From the NCBI RefSeq assembly GCF_006345805.1, contig NC_043020.1, forward strand, positions 26,846,001 through 26,910,000: a DNA stretch of 64,000 nt, read 5' to 3'. Positions 39,333 to 54,114 of this stretch are shown here, piece after piece. The stretch comes from Octopus sinensis. Taxonomy: Eukaryota. Under the pieces are notes generated by a model. That model was not told where the DNA came from. It searched no databases and saw only the letters and a list, made by a program, of their open reading frames with translations. Numbering within the stretch: position 1 is the stretch's first letter; each line of letters opens with the position of its first letter. Both the position numbers and the translations under genes were made by a program.

Positions 39333-41194
39333 AGGACAAATATCCTCCACCATTGTTGCCGACGTTCATTTTTTTAACCCTGGGCAACAATCCTGATGGA
39401 CTTGGACCTATATTCAAAGACATTCTTGCCAGGCATACTTAAATCGTCTTTTTTTCTTTGCTCTCTCTCTCTCTCTCTCTCTCTCTTAATTATTGTCAGA
39501 TACAGATAAGATACAAGGTGTGGTTATGTGGTTGAGAAACTTGTTCCATAACTCTTGTGGTTTCATGACACCTTGAACACGTATTGTTTTTTGTTTTTTT
39601 TTACCACAGCCCCAGGCTGACCCAAGCTTGTGAGTGGATGTGATTGACTAAACTACACGACGATCTTTCATTTTCCGTCTGAGACAGACAGACAGACAGG
39701 CAGATTAGATAGATAGATAAACAAATGGATGGATGGATGGATGGATAGATAGATAGATAGACAGACAGACAGATATATAGATGTGTACCCATGTCTAGAT
39801 ATCACGTAATGGTTGTAAACGAGTATCACCATCATACAAGTGGTGTCGTTTTTCTAGTCTTCTATGGAAAAAAAAGACATGTCTAATCAAAAGAAATGTT
39901 CTCATACTTGGAAATAGGTGAAGAGGGGCAACAAGAAGGATATCACGCCGAAGATAACCCATACTAGCATGGAAAAGCGGAGGTCAAACGATATCGTCAT
40001 CACTAGCTCGGAAACTACCATGAAAAGCTTGTCCTTATGTAATGGGATAAACATGATCATCATTATCATCATCATAATTACCACCACAATCATCATCATC
40101 ACCGTTTTATGTCCTAATAATAAGGATGAATAGCAGCCATTGAAATAAGGGTTTTAAAAAATGGATCCCTGTCGGTTTTCGACGATGAATGCTTCAATTG
40201 TTTCATTAGCAGAATGGGCGACGCATTTTAAGTGATTGAATTTTCCACAGACACTTGTACATTAAACATCATTCTTAAACCGACTGGCAGGCTTCCGCAC
40301 AGTTTTTGTCTATGCAATTTTTTCAGTTGCAAGGCTTAGACTGACCGTAAGTTATATAGTAAAAGACACTTGTCCAAGATGCCAACGCCGAGGGATTGAA
40401 CCCGAGATTTCCGGACTTGTGAAGCGAAATTACTAAGCATTCAACTACGCCTACATCGGGAGAGATGTGAGATAACAATTCAAATAAAATAAAATAAAAT
40501 AAAATGGAATTGAAGTTAAAAAAAATTGACTTACCAAAAGAGAACCGCCGTTGAATATCAGGCGACAGAGAACCCTTCTTCTGAGATCTACAATAAATAA
40601 AATAAAATCATTAAATTGGTTTCTGATGTAGGTACAGAGTCAAAATTTTGAGGGGATAACACCTCTCGGTAATTTTTTTTGTGTGTAAGAGTTAGAAAGA
40701 GATAGTAGTACGATGACAGGTAAGGGTACCTTGCGGGGTGGAAAGTAGAATATGATGCACCCCTGGAACAACTATCTCAGAGAAAAGCAAAGCTGATGTA
40801 ATATACTGAGACAATAATAGGAGTGGATAGATGGTGAATAAGAGACTAGTTCGAAGAACAATGTGGAAGTATCAGAGCTACAGTGACAGAATTTAGGGAT
40901 GATGAGGAAATGGGGTCGGACCGATGATGGTTGGATGTCAAAAAATAACGGAAACGATACGTTGAACATTGGAAAGCAAAAACAAAAGCAAAAAAAAAGT
41001 GGGGGTTATACAGGGTGCGTGGCAGAAGGGCTGCCCTGATTTCAAAGGTTAATAAAAGACAAACACATGAAGATACATAAAAAAAAAATTGTATTTCTAT
41101 GAAGTTCATTAAAAGACATTTTGTTTCTCTTTTCGAGTAGTGGCCAACATGGCCTGGAATGGAGAGCATCGTTTTTTCCTGTTTCTTCATATTT

Positions 41195-41446
41195 TTTTTG
41201 TGTCGGTGGCACGTAAAAAGCACCAATCCGATCGTGGCCCTAACCCCCTTGGCACCTGTGCCGATGGCACGTAAAAAGCACCCACTACACTCACGGAGTG
41301 GTTGGCGTTAGGAAGGGCATCCAGCTGTAGAAACACTGCCAGATCAGACTGGAGCCTGGTGCAGCCTTCTGGCTTCCCAGATCCCCGGTCGAACCGGCCA
41401 ACCCATACCAGCATGGAAAACGGACGTTAAACGATGATGATGATGA
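41195..41446 (+). mobile_element. RTE-type 3' tail element ending in (GAT)n
   Basis: gttggcgttaggaagggcatccagc..ccagcatggaaaacggacgttaaacgatgatgatgatg. Confidence 0.7.
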
Positions 41447-41888
41447 AATCAGAGCAACCTTTGTGCCGCACTATATATATATATATATATAAGTAGGTAC
41501 TGTAAATTTAGGTTGAATTCTTGATAGGTGTAAGCACCTGTATACGCCAGCTAATGGCAGAGGTGAGAGCAATATATCAAATAAAATCAAAAACAACACA
41601 AAAGGATGTCGCGGTACACGTGTTTCAAGCTTTATAAACGACCTGTTCTTACATCAGTGTATAATAGATATAAAAGATGGTTTAAAGCTCTTTTTAGCCG
41701 CATGCATTGTTATTCCAAAGAGTTACATCACACTATAAAAAAATATGATAAGTACATGTTATTACCCATAATAATAGGTATATCATATCTTGAGAAAGTG
41801 TATTTGTAAAATTTCTTAACTAAATAGACGTGTAGGGGAACATTGGATATCGAAAATCTGTCCATACTGTATCACCAGTCAACATAAA

Positions 41889-42079
41889 GGCGCAGGAGTG
41901 GCTGTGTGGTAAGTAGCTTGTTTACCAACCACATGGTTCCGGGTTCAGTCCCACTGCGTGGCATCTTGGGCAAGTATCTTCTACTATAACCTCGGGCCGA
42001 CCAAAGCCTTGTGAGTGGATTTGGTAGACGGAAACTGAAAGAAGCCCGTCGTATATATGTATATATATATGTGTGTGTG

Positions 42080-42112
<33 letters not shown>

Positions 42113-42312
42113 TGTTTGTCCCCCTAGCATTGCTTGACAACCGATGCTGGTGTGTTTACGTCCCCGTTACTTAGCGGTTCGGAAAAAGTGACCGATAGAA
42201 TAAGTACTGGGCTTACAAAAGAATAAGTCCCGGGATCGAGTTGCTCGATTAAAGGCGGTGCTCCAGCATGGCCGCAGTCAAATGACTGAAACAAGTAAAA
42301 GAGTAAAAGAGA
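41889..42312 (+). mobile_element. Full-length SINE family A (tRNA head, CORE-like centre, internal (TG)n, LINE-like 3' tail)
   Basis: Pol III A-box-like tggctgtgtgg and B-box-like ggttcagtccc; catcttgggcaagt resembles the CORE domain; tail gagtaaaagagtaaaaga. Confidence 0.9.
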
Positions 42313-42890
42313 GTTAAATAGATTTGAATGGGTTCATTCTTCTGAACCCGTTCAAATCTATTTAACATTCACTCTATGACGATATTCACAGCATTTGTTG
42401 TATCAAGAACTAAATACTACAGAAGAGTTATATTCGTCCCACAAGATGTGAGATGGTTCTGAGATGGCTTCCAAGAGGTTAATATTGGAAACCTGCAGCT
42501 GCAATGGAGAAGGGACACAAGTCGAAAGTTGCAGATAAACTTTTTCTTGACAACAAAGAAGGGACAAAGCTACTGCCCTGAATGCTAAAGATAAAGAATT
42601 TCAAGGCAACCCAGCTTCCATTACAGAATTGATCAATACATATAGGCGCAGGAGTGGCTATGTGGTAAGTAGCTTGTTTACCAACCACATGGTTCCAGGT
42701 TCAGTCCCACTGCATGGCCGCAGTGAAATGACTGAAACAAGTAAAAGAGAGTAAAAACATTGAAATTATTTCCGGCGAAATTTTGAGTTATGAAATGAAG
42801 AACTGAAGGCAAGTAAGTTACGATGTTTTCAATGATGAGTGCAAACTTTACTCTCATAGAACCGGAGGACATCGATTATTATCATTATTA

Positions 42891-42922
<32 letters not shown>

Positions 42923-42964
42923 GCTCCCTTGCCACCTTAATAACTGTAATAATCCTTTCTACTC

Positions 42965-43665
42965 TAGGCGCTTAATTTATCGACTCCGAAAGGGTGAACG
43001 GCAAAGTCGACCTCGGCGGAATTTGAACTCAGAACGTAAAGACGGACGAAATGTTAGTGTGTATTTTGGTCGGCGTGCTAACGATTCCGGCAGTTTGTGA
43101 CCTTAATAAATGCGTAGCCGTATTTCGTCTGCCGTTACGTTCTGAGTTCAAATTCCGCCGAGGTCGACTTTGCCTTTCATCCTTTCGGGGTCGATAAATA
43201 ATTACCAGTTATGCACTGGAGTCGATATAATCGACTTAGTCCGTTTGTCTGTCCTTGTTTGTTTCATCTGTGTTTAGCCCCTTGTGGGTAGTAAAGAAAT
43301 AGGTATTTCGTCTACCGCTACGTTCTGAGTTCAAATTCCGCCGAGGTCGATTTTGCCTTTCATCCTTTCGGGGTCTATTAAATAAGTACCAGTTACGCAT
43401 TGGGGTCGATATAATCGACTTAATTCGTTTGTTTGTCCCCTCTATGTTTAGCCCCTTGTGGATAGTAAAGAAATAGGTATTTCGTCTGCCGCTACGTTCT
43501 GAGTTCAAATTCCGCCGAGGTCGACTTTGCCTTTCATCCTTTCGGGGTCGATTAAATAAGTACCAGTTACGCACTGGGTTCGATATAATCGACTTAGTCC
43601 GTTTCTCTGTCCCTGTTTGTCCCCCTCTGTGTTTTGCCCCTTGTGGGTAGTAAAGAAATAGGTAT
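42965..43665. mobile_element. SINE family B: minus copy (42965-43105) abutting a plus-strand trimer (43111-43665)
   Basis: Junction gtagtaaagaaataggtatttcgtc at ~43290 and ~43465. Confidence 0.9.
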
Positions 43666-45075
43666 ACGGAACAACAATAACAGCAACAACAAGATGCAGG
43701 TGCGTTTGTGATTGGCTGGTCGATCGCTCAGACATATAGGTATAAACGGCGACAACGTGACATGGATAAGTTGCGAGCTCGGTTCTGTCAATGTGGGACA
43801 GGTTTCCTGAAACCTGACACGTAACTACCGCCCGTCCCTCTCCTCTCCCAGCCTGCCCCACACATCGACTCCTACAAAACTATACGCGAAAAAGCATCAC
43901 AATAGAATCATTGTTTGTCGGTTAAGAGTGAGTGTAAGACGGTGTCTGTGTGAGGGTGGGAGCAGGGTGGGGTAGAGCAAGACTGGGAATGTATGCGTGA
44001 ATAATTGTAGCGTGCACTTGTGACTGTGTGGGGTGAGACACGTAGACACACAGACAGGCAAGCAGACAATAGAATGAGAGGTGAGGAAAGGAAAAACCTG
44101 TAGGGTTTTTTTGAAATCGAATACATTACGACACATTTTGTGCATATATAGGCGTGGCTGTGTGGTAAGAAACAAGCTTTCCAACCACACGGTCCTGGGT
44201 TCAGTCTCATTACATGACATCCTGGGCTAATGTCTTCTATTGTAATAGCCCCGGGTCAGCCAAAGACTTGTGTGTGAATTTGGTAGACGGAAACTGAAAA
44301 AAGTCCGTTGTATATATATATATATTGGCCTGCTCGCTTAGCCAGCGGGGTGGCGTCATTCGAAGGCTAAAACAATGCGAACGCATTGTGACCAGCGATG
44401 AGTAACTACATCTGATGGACTGGTCGGTCACGTGATATATATATGTGTGTGTCTGTGTGTCTGTGTTTGTCCACCCACCATCGCTTGACAACCGATGCTG
44501 GTGTGTTTACGTCCCCGTAACTTAGCGGTTCGGCAAAAGCGACCGATAGAGTAAGTACTAGGCTTACAAAGAATAAGTCCCGGGGGTCGACTAAAGGCGG
44601 TGCTCCAGCATGGCCACAGTCAAATGACTGAAACGAGTAAAGAGTAAAGAGTAAAGAATAAAATGCAGCACATGTCAGGGAATCGAAACAACGATATCAC
44701 GATAGTGAACCCAGCACGCTAACCAGTAGGCCACGCACGAATCACTATGAGCGGAGACGTTTGTAATAATGGAGGTCGATAGACAGCAACGCATTGAAGA
44801 AAGCATATCATTTGCGGAGGACATTTTGAATAATGAGGTTGTTGACCGAGGTGGCCATAAGTAATGGACGAAATGAGACGGTTTGATGCCTGGCGACGGT
44901 TTTGTAATAAAAAGAAAATCTTGATAACCGAGGACATTTTGAAATAACGAGGTTGTTGACTGAGAAATTGTTATAATGAGTTCGTTGTAATAAAAAAAAA
45001 ACAGAAAGAGGCGGTACACTTTTAACAGCATCGTGTATTAACCACACCAGCAGATAATAATAGTAATAATAACAA

Positions 45076-45147
<72 letters not shown>

Positions 45148-45239
45148 TACATGTTGGTTACAAATTTTGCCACAAGGGCAGCCATTTGGGGAGAGGGGAT
45201 GTATCGTTTACATCGACTTCAGTGTTCAACTGGTACTCT

Positions 45240-45444
45240 TTTACTCTTTTACTTGTTTCAGTCATTTGACTGCGGCCATGCTGGAGCACCGCCTTTAGTC
45301 GAGCAAATCGACCCCGGGACTTATTCTTTGTAAGCCCAGTACTTATTCTATCGGTCTCTTTTGCCGAACCGCTAAGTGACGGGGACGTAAACACACTAGC
45401 ATCGGTTGTCAAGCAATGCTAGGGGGACAAACACAGACACACAA

Positions 45445-45495
<51 letters not shown>

Positions 45496-45655
45496 TACGA
45501 CAGGCTTCTTTCAGTTTTCGTCTACCAAATCCACTCACAAGGCATTGGTCGGCCCGGGGCTATAGCAGAAGACACTTGCCCAAGATGCCACGCAGTGGGA
45601 CTGAACCCGGAACCATGTGGTTGGTTTGCAAGCTACTTACCACACAACCACTCCT
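45240..45655 (-). mobile_element. Full-length SINE family A
   Basis: Reverse complement of the 41889-42312 consensus. Confidence 0.9.
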
Positions 45656-46098
45656 GTATATATATATATACATACATACACACATACATGTTGGTTTCAA
45701 ATTTTGCCACAAGGGCAGCCATTTTGGGAGAGGGGATGTGTCGTTTACATCGACTTCAGTGTTCAACTGGTACTTATTTTATCTGTTTCTTTATTACCTA
45801 GAAGGACAGATAAACGGATTAAGTCGATTACATCGACCCCAGTTCGTAACTGGTACTTAATTTATCGACTTCGACAGGACGAAAGGCAAAGTCGACCTCG
45901 TCGGAATTTGAACTCAGTACGTAAAGACGAACGAAATACTGCTAAACATTTCACCAGGCGTGCTAACGATTCTGCCAGCTCGCCGCCTTAATAATAAAAT
46001 AACAATAATAGTAAGGACCAATACGAAGTAGCATAGCATTACCTTTAATTTTTATATATACACCTTTACACAGACCTACACATGTTTCAACTGCACCG

Positions 46099-46178
<80 letters not shown>

Positions 46179-46357
46179 AGAGATTCATATTCATTTATTT
46201 ATTGCTGGTACGCATTTTATAGAGATGAGTGCATGCCTGAATCTGTGATTTAAGTAGTTCACTTTGCAACAAATGTAGTTTCAGGTTCAACCCCATTGCA
46301 CGGCACCTGAGGCAAGTGCCTTCTACCGTAGCTCCGAATCGACCACTGGTTTGTGAG

Positions 46358-46502
46358 CAGGGGCGGACTGAGCCGTCGGTCGATCTGACACTGCCCGAGA
46401 GCCCGAAACTCTGAGAGACCCGCACTCTACATTGATATCAATGCTAAGGGTCCCGGTGAACAGTAATGCGCGAGGGCTCTTAATATTCTCAGCCCGCCCC
46501 CG
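46358..46502. mobile_element. hAT-type MITE inserted into a SINE A copy
   Basis: TIRs caggggcggactgag and ctcagcccgcccccg; 8-bp TSD tttgtgag at 46350-46357 and 46503-46510. Confidence 0.8.
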
Positions 46503-47474
46503 TTTGTGAGTGAACTTGGTTGATGGAAACTGTACGGAAGTCCGTTACGTGCGAAAGTGTGTGTGTATGTGTGTGTGTTTCGAATCTGAAATTTTAATCC
46601 TTGATAATAATAGCATATAGTGATTTCAAATTTTAAAGTAATAGTGCGTAATAAGGTATTTATTTTATAGACCCCGAAAGGGTAAAAAAAAAGCAAAGCC
46701 GACCTCGGCGGAATTTGAACTCAGACCGTAGAGACGGACGAAATGCTGCAAGCATTTCTGCCCGGCGAGGTAACGAGTCCGCCAGCTTTCACCGCCTTAT
46801 AATAATGCTAAGTCATTTCCTAGGAAGGTATTTAAATGAAATTGAAACAATGCAGCTTATATTTCAAATTTTCCCTGAAATTAGAAAAATATTTGCGATG
46901 AATTTCCATAAAGAAAATAAGATTTATGAAAAGACTTCATTAAGTTGTATTCCAAATAAGAACCAAAATCGATCTCATAAATAATTATTATTTTAGAATT
47001 TATTCAAACACATAAAGTTGTATTTCAATTTTGTAATGCAGTAAAACAACTGTCCAGTTAATAATGAGTTAGCTATTTTTACAATTAACTAAAAAGGTTT
47101 CAAGACAAAAATACGGCTGCGGCCCAAAAGATCACGCGCGGTCGGTTGTATCGTAGATACAAAATGGCTAATTTCAGTGGATTTATATAATGAAGACTTT
47201 TCAATGAATTCCCGAGTAAATAGCTCTTACAACCGATTTTGGAAACATCTGTGTTGTGTTATGTTTGAATACACTTTGGTTGATTTTAGAATATTTTTGA
47301 TGAATGCCCTAATGAATAATGCTTATTACTGATATTGGAATCTTTGTATATCTATAAGAGTACAGCCAGAAATGGAAAAACAGTAGTGATCACATTTTGG
47401 AGGATCGCTGGGGCTAGCGCCGGGCACAGGAAAACCAGGAACAGAATGCTCATATATATATATATATATATAAT

Positions 47475-47513
<39 letters not shown>

Positions 47514-47894
47514 TAGTAAGGAATTACTTAAAACGTTTACCGGTTTCCTTTCAGTTAAGTATTCAAAATACGTTATTCAACATCAGTATATAAATCTACA
47601 AATTTTCTCATTAGATAATACAGGCGCAGCTGTGGTAAGAAACTTGCTTCCAACCACATGGTTCTGGGTTCAGTCCCACTCCGTGGCACCTTGGGAGAGT
47701 GTCTTCTTGTATAGCCTTGGGGCGACCAAAACCGTGTGAGGAGATTGTTAACTATAATGAGTTAACTATTTTTACAAATGAGTAACAGTTAACTATAATG
47801 ACACAGGGAAATTAATCTCTCAGACTTTGCATCCAACACTACCATAAACAGACAAAACATAGCACACGCACACACACACTCAAATTTAATTAAA

Positions 47895-48270
47895 GCTTTC
47901 ATCGTTGTAGCACTCCGTCAGTTACGACGACGAGCGTTCCAGTTGATCCGATCAACGGAACAACCTGCTCGAGAATGTGCAAGTGGTTGAGCACTCCACA
48001 GACACGTGTACCCTTAATGTAGTTCTCAGAGAGATTCAGCATGACACAGAGTGTGACAAGGCTGGCCCTTTCGAAATACAGGTGCAACAACAGAAACAGG
48101 AAAAAAGAGTGAGAGAAAGTTGTGGTGGAAGAGTACAGCAGGGTTCACCACCACCCCTTGCCGTGTCCTCGTGGCGCTTTAGGTGTTTTCGCTCAACAAG
48201 CATTCACAACGCCTGGTCTGGGAATCGAAACAGCGACCTTGTGACCGCGCATCCGCTGCCCTAATCACGT
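47895..48270 (-). mobile_element. Third tRNA-derived SINE family (D); second copy at 63315-63605
   Basis: Head on minus strand gtgattagggcagcgga..gtttcgattcccagacc; shared body gttccagttgatccgatcaacggaaca..gtgcaagtggttgagcactccacagacacg. Confidence 0.7.
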
Positions 48271-48939
48271 ATTGCTAAGTTGTATTTACTTGTTACTTAC
48301 GCCTCCCCCAATTCTCGATGAGAAAGGTTTGATTCAAATGCTTAACGAAATAAAAGGTTGATTGCTTCTTCTTTTTTTAAAATTATTTTCGTTATCAACC
48401 AAGGGACAACTACATACACGTTTCAGCTTATTATATTTCATCAGCACAGCATTGCCGAACCAAGTCTGCCAACAAAGTGACAAAATTTCCCACGTTATAC
48501 AAAAGACGAATAATTTTTCGTCAATACATTCCAATGATATTTTAATTACGTTATCTTGTATTTTGTGAGGCAATTCCACACCTTAAACCGATATGTTTTC
48601 ATTATGTGAAATAATGAAAGCAAGTAAAATCAAACTGGAGCATTTGTCATGCAGGTTTATGAACTTAAGAAATCTCTCTTCCCGCATGACTAATGAAGTG
48701 TGAGGTCATGCCAATACAAGAATATACAGAAAAATGATAAAATACCTGTTTGTCAATAATTATGACACACCTTTGCATTGGTCGTGATTAGGCAGAGAGA
48801 GTGGGAGTTAGGTAACACACATGCAAGCCTATGCATAGATATATATACGCATATAGATTCAAACGGTTATACACTTGTAAGGAATTGTAACGCCTCGATG
48901 CATTGGCCATTATGTCAATACACACACACTACTGCATAC

Positions 48940-48943
48940 AGAT

Positions 48944-48975
<32 letters not shown>

Positions 48976-48978
48976 CAT

Positions 48979-49019
<41 letters not shown>

Positions 49020-49212
49020 CATATATACATACACATATACACACACACACATACACATATATATATACATATATACATACACATATACACACACACACAT
49101 ACACATATATATACATATATATATATACACACACACACACATACACATATATATACATATATATATACATATATATATACACACATATATATACACACAC
49201 ACACACATATAT

Positions 49213-49244
<32 letters not shown>

Positions 49245-49330
49245 CATACACACACACACTAATATACCACAACAACACACATATATACACACACACACAT
49301 ATATATATACACACACACACACACATATAT

Positions 49331-49365
<35 letters not shown>

Positions 49366-49406
49366 TATATACACACACACATATACACACACACACACAC
49401 ATATAT

Positions 49407-49450
<44 letters not shown>
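48940..49450. repeat. Compound (TA)n/(CA)n tract
   Basis: Direct inspection. Confidence 0.95.
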
Positions 49451-49454
<4 letters not shown>

Positions 49455-52400
49455 CAGCACGTAGCACGTTGGTGTATGTGGGTCGAACAGAAAAAGAAAA
49501 CTGCAATGGAGTGCAAAAAATAAAAAAAATATAAGGAGCTAGCAGATTGCTGTGGTGGGAGTGTGCGTGGTTGCGGGAATAGCGATGATGGTGTTTGTGT
49601 GTGTGTGTGTGTGAGTGAGTGAAAGGAGAGAGTGATTTAATAATGCATGAAGCGAAACGACTCTAAATTGACAAAACAACAATGAAGGCAATCTTTAAAA
49701 GAAGGTTACATAAATTTTTATCTGACTCACACACACACACAAACTTTGCAATATTTATTGGAGCTAAAATACTTTATGGCAAAGTATGGGGTGGGGTAGA
49801 AAGAAGTCTATACGCCATAAATTATTTTAGTTTATTTGTTATGAACGACAGAAGAAGAATTAGTTCAAAACAGCAATCTAGCTATCATACTTAAAGTCGA
49901 TACATTGTTAATTCACCTTGCCGAACAATTCTGACACTAGTATTTTTTTTCCAGTCAGTTTTACTTTATTACAAATGGCGAATTGTGTTTTCGCATGGGA
50001 TTGCCAGTAAATACTTGCTGGGGACAGAAATATATATTTGGTAATGCCAACGGCACTACAAACCAATTTCCGTTTGCTTCAATTAAATGTCTGTGTTTCT
50101 TAACCCTTTGAACCCTAACCACCCACAGGTATTGAATGTACCCTCCTAAGCTCCCAGCGAGTTTCACCGATTTTTTAAATTTTATTTTAGAATATATGCT
50201 AAAAGGCATGCTTGTTTCACAACACAAAGGTACAAAATAGTGAAAAATTATGACACGTGGAGTGCTTGTAGACCGGCATTTCGGTGATGCTTTCTCGAGA
50301 CAAAGACTGCAGTTTAGAAGGCTTTCAACAATATATGGTTTAAGAATGATACTTAAAATTGATATTTAGGTTTTTATTTACACTCCCTAGAAGTCGCTAG
50401 TAACTGAATGCCTTATTTTCTATTCTCATTTTAAAAATCACCTCCAGCTAATCGTTAAGAGGATGTTGGTGTTGCGTTGGCGGAATTTTGCACTCCCTGA
50501 GTTGAATTATTTATTTATTGATTTTTTTTATAATTAAAAAATGAGAGAAATGTTGACGCGAGTCAATCAGAGTACAAACCCCTTGCAAGATTTCCAAATA
50601 TGCCTATCTGCTAATCCATGCAACGAGCTCTGCATTCGGAAAATTTTATACTACATAAATATTTATATATTTTATAACTTTTACACTACTATCTATCTAT
50701 CTATCTATCTGTCTGTCTATCTACCTATCTAAGTCAAGGGGTATGGGGAGTATATTTAACCTGATGACATCCGTATGGTAACGACCGTTTCGAAGCCTTC
50801 TTCGTATGGTAATAATTTAGGTGTGGAAGAAATATATGCTCGGCATTATACAATACAATGGGATATTCACAAATGTATGCAAATAACGAAAGCTAGCTCA
50901 TCAGATCACCAGAGCATCATGGTTAGACCGACGGTTCAACTTTGAGAAACCTCACTGATCTGATCAATATCCTCCTTATGAAATAACTTCACCGATCGAA
51001 TCTTCTGGATTTCAGTTACATAGACACTCCACATTACACTTATCTGTATTGGATCACTAGCCGAGTCCGTAAAAGGAGCTTTTCTGAGATGGCCACACGA
51101 TTCTCTGAATTCATATCCTATACTGCATATATATTTCTTTATTGCCCACAAGGGGCTAAACATAGAGAGGACAAACAAAGGGATTACATCGACCCCAGTG
51201 CGAAACTGGTACTTTATTTATTGATCCCGAAAGGATGAAAGGCAAAGTCGACCTCTGCGCACACATATATACACGCATGCGCACTACACATACAAACACA
51301 CACACCTTAGAAGCGTCGGGTTTTCTGGTAGTAAGTGTTCTCCAGAATAGAGTTGTTCCAAGATAATAATGTGGATTTGCCTCGCAATGCAACCTAGGAA
51401 GAGACCGGTTCATCCGTCTTGTTCGAGATATTGATCAGCAGCTCCAGACCCATAGCTTAGATTGCACATAAATTGCAACGATTAGTACCGCAGCCATTGT
51501 TTGACTTCACTAATCAGAGCCCTCCAATTCTCAACCATAAAATGAACTTTGATACTGAACTGGAGTTGTTTTTTCACCTGTACTGAGGAGTATTTTACAT
51601 ATCAATCCCTGGATGAATTTAGCGGTATTCGATATGTTCTTTCATCCCACACAATCGATAGTTTCAACATCGGATCATTTCATCGGCTAACTATCAGCGG
51701 AGTCTATCACTGAGATTGTGCCACCTCCTTTCCTCAGCAGGGAAAGGAAGGCTTGTTTTTCCTGCGTAGTAGCCATACTGAAAGAAACAGTATGGAAGAC
51801 GCGTACGAAAGGTATAGTGACAGGGGTTGGTTAACTTTTTTAGTTACTACCTCGGTAGTAAGATCAGGCTGGAGAAGAGGTGTCTGTCACGAGATATGTT
51901 TGTGAAAAGATGGAAGCCTGTAGCTTGCAAGCTGGGTATATTTGGCACCAGGTAAGTGTGGCCGGATCAAGAAGTAAAAGGTTCTACCCAGATGGCTGGG
52001 TTCTTTGCCCTATTATGTGATATTAAATTTATAAACTTTATATTGTAAATACTGTACACATTATATTGCAAATACTAAAACGTTTTAAGCTACTATACCC
52101 TATATGTGTGTCTGTCCTTGTATGTCCCCTCTATGTAACGCCTTAATGACGAATTTTCATGAAATAAACTAGCATATATTACCAAACCAACAATTAGCTG
52201 GATGTCTACATGCTTATTGCGATAACTGCATAATGCTTGAAACTTTGAGACTTTATATCAGTTTTCGTTATGACGCGGGTATACACGTCTGGCGTGAAAT
52301 GGCATTACACGAATAAATAGTTGGTTGTGGTTCTCTAAAAAATAACCTATCGCAGTGGTTGAGAATCAAATTTCTTACCACGTAGCTACGCCTGCACCTT

Positions 52401-54114
52401 ATGTTAACACAGAACGCACTCCGTACTACTGGAACGTGGGCACGATACTCAGTATTTATTGTTCAACTACCGACAGTTTACCGTGTTAGTTCGATGTGAG
52501 GTGGTTTTACAAAAACGGTCGAACCTTCAACTTCTCCCTTGACAGTTCACTCCTTATTTGTTGCAATCGGTTAGTCCATCCTCAGTCACTTGGGGGTGTT
52601 CAGGATTCTCTATAACAACTTTACGTATAAAACTTAACCAAACACACGATGCTGCATGGTGGGTTAAACCATATTATTTTCCCGTTTTATTGCTTTGGTA
52701 AACAGGAATTTTTCTATATACTTTACCTTGACGTTGAATACACTTTCACTTAATGCTTTATTAAATTGCCGGCAGCTTATATATTTGCCTGGTAATATGT
52801 AAGAAACGCATCCATTGATCTCTTTTGTGATGTGTTTATAATAACAGGGCTATTAAAATGTTTACACATACACACTCAAAATTATATACACACACAAATA
52901 AAATATAAGTTTTTACATCTGGTTTATGATATAGGTAAAACCACCTGTAATGTTATGTGAAGAAACTTAGCTATTTTCAGGTTAGTGTTTACAGCAATTT
53001 TTAAGTTAAACTGTCTTAATATATACAACTGTTTTTCCATGTTGTTCTCTTTCATATTATGGGATAAGGCAAGGCCGTCATCTCTCTATAGTCTTACATT
53101 CATTGGTGTATTTTATCTATTTCTTAATTTTACTCTTTTTCTTATCAATAAACGATAAAAATCGTATTTCCGCCCGATCACAGAAAGCAAAAATATACAC
53201 TCAGATTTTATTGAATTCTTCCTGTTCACTATTATATTGACGATCGACAATGGCTGCATACATTTTCTGTTTTTTTGAGGTTTTTTTACCTGTAGAGCTT
53301 GCAGGAGTTGACTTCTACAGATCGATAGATAGGAAGAACTCCACAATATCGATCTAAACGAATAAGCCATCGACCCATCTTGGATACTCTTAACCAACTT
53401 AATCAGAACGCTACAGTAATCCATATCGAATTACTAAATAGTTTCATTATTTTTGTTATTGAATCTATTGTTTTTAGTCACTAAAGTCTGTTCTGTTTCC
53501 TTGTGGTTAATTAACCTATTTTTTGATATTACATAAAACAAAGTTATTCTTGTAAACCTTAAATGTTGGATACTGCAAAAATGGTTTGTTCGTTCATACA
53601 GTTCAATATCGTAGAGATCTTTTCCATTGATTCTGAAAAAGCCATCTACTTCAAGCTACACAGTTTTGTAAAATGCGGACATCGCTACAATGTTACCGAC
53701 CCAACATCAATATATTTATAATTATTTCAAAGTTGGGCATAAAGCCAGCAGATTCGATGTAGAGTGTTTGTCCAATACATCGACAGGCGCCAGAACATCA
53801 GTACTTATTTTATCAACTCCGAAAGAATGATAGGCAAAGTTGATCCAGGCTGGATTTGAACTTACGAAGTACATCTGGAAGAAATTCTGCTACGCCATTT
53901 GTTCGACGCGCTAAAGATTCTGTTAAACTGACCGTTTAATAATGAACACTATGAATTCAATCAATCAACGAAATCCATTCCAAGACTTTGGGGTTATAGT
54001 AAAACTCAGGAGATGGCATCTAGAGATCGATAGGACTCCACAATATCGATCTAAATGAATAAGTGATCGCGGTGGTTGAGAATCAAATTTCTTACCACGT
54101 AGCTACGCCTGCAC

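Noticed and set aside
50755-50910. CUGAUGA motifs at 50761 (+) and ~50899 (-)
   Set aside because: No correctly placed stem II-GAAA-stem III follows.
51300-52000. YYLGSKI segment resembling LINE RT domain 7, with a cag|gtaagt donor at 51951
   Set aside because: A single short motif in stop-ridden sequence; cannot distinguish decayed LINE from exon or chance.
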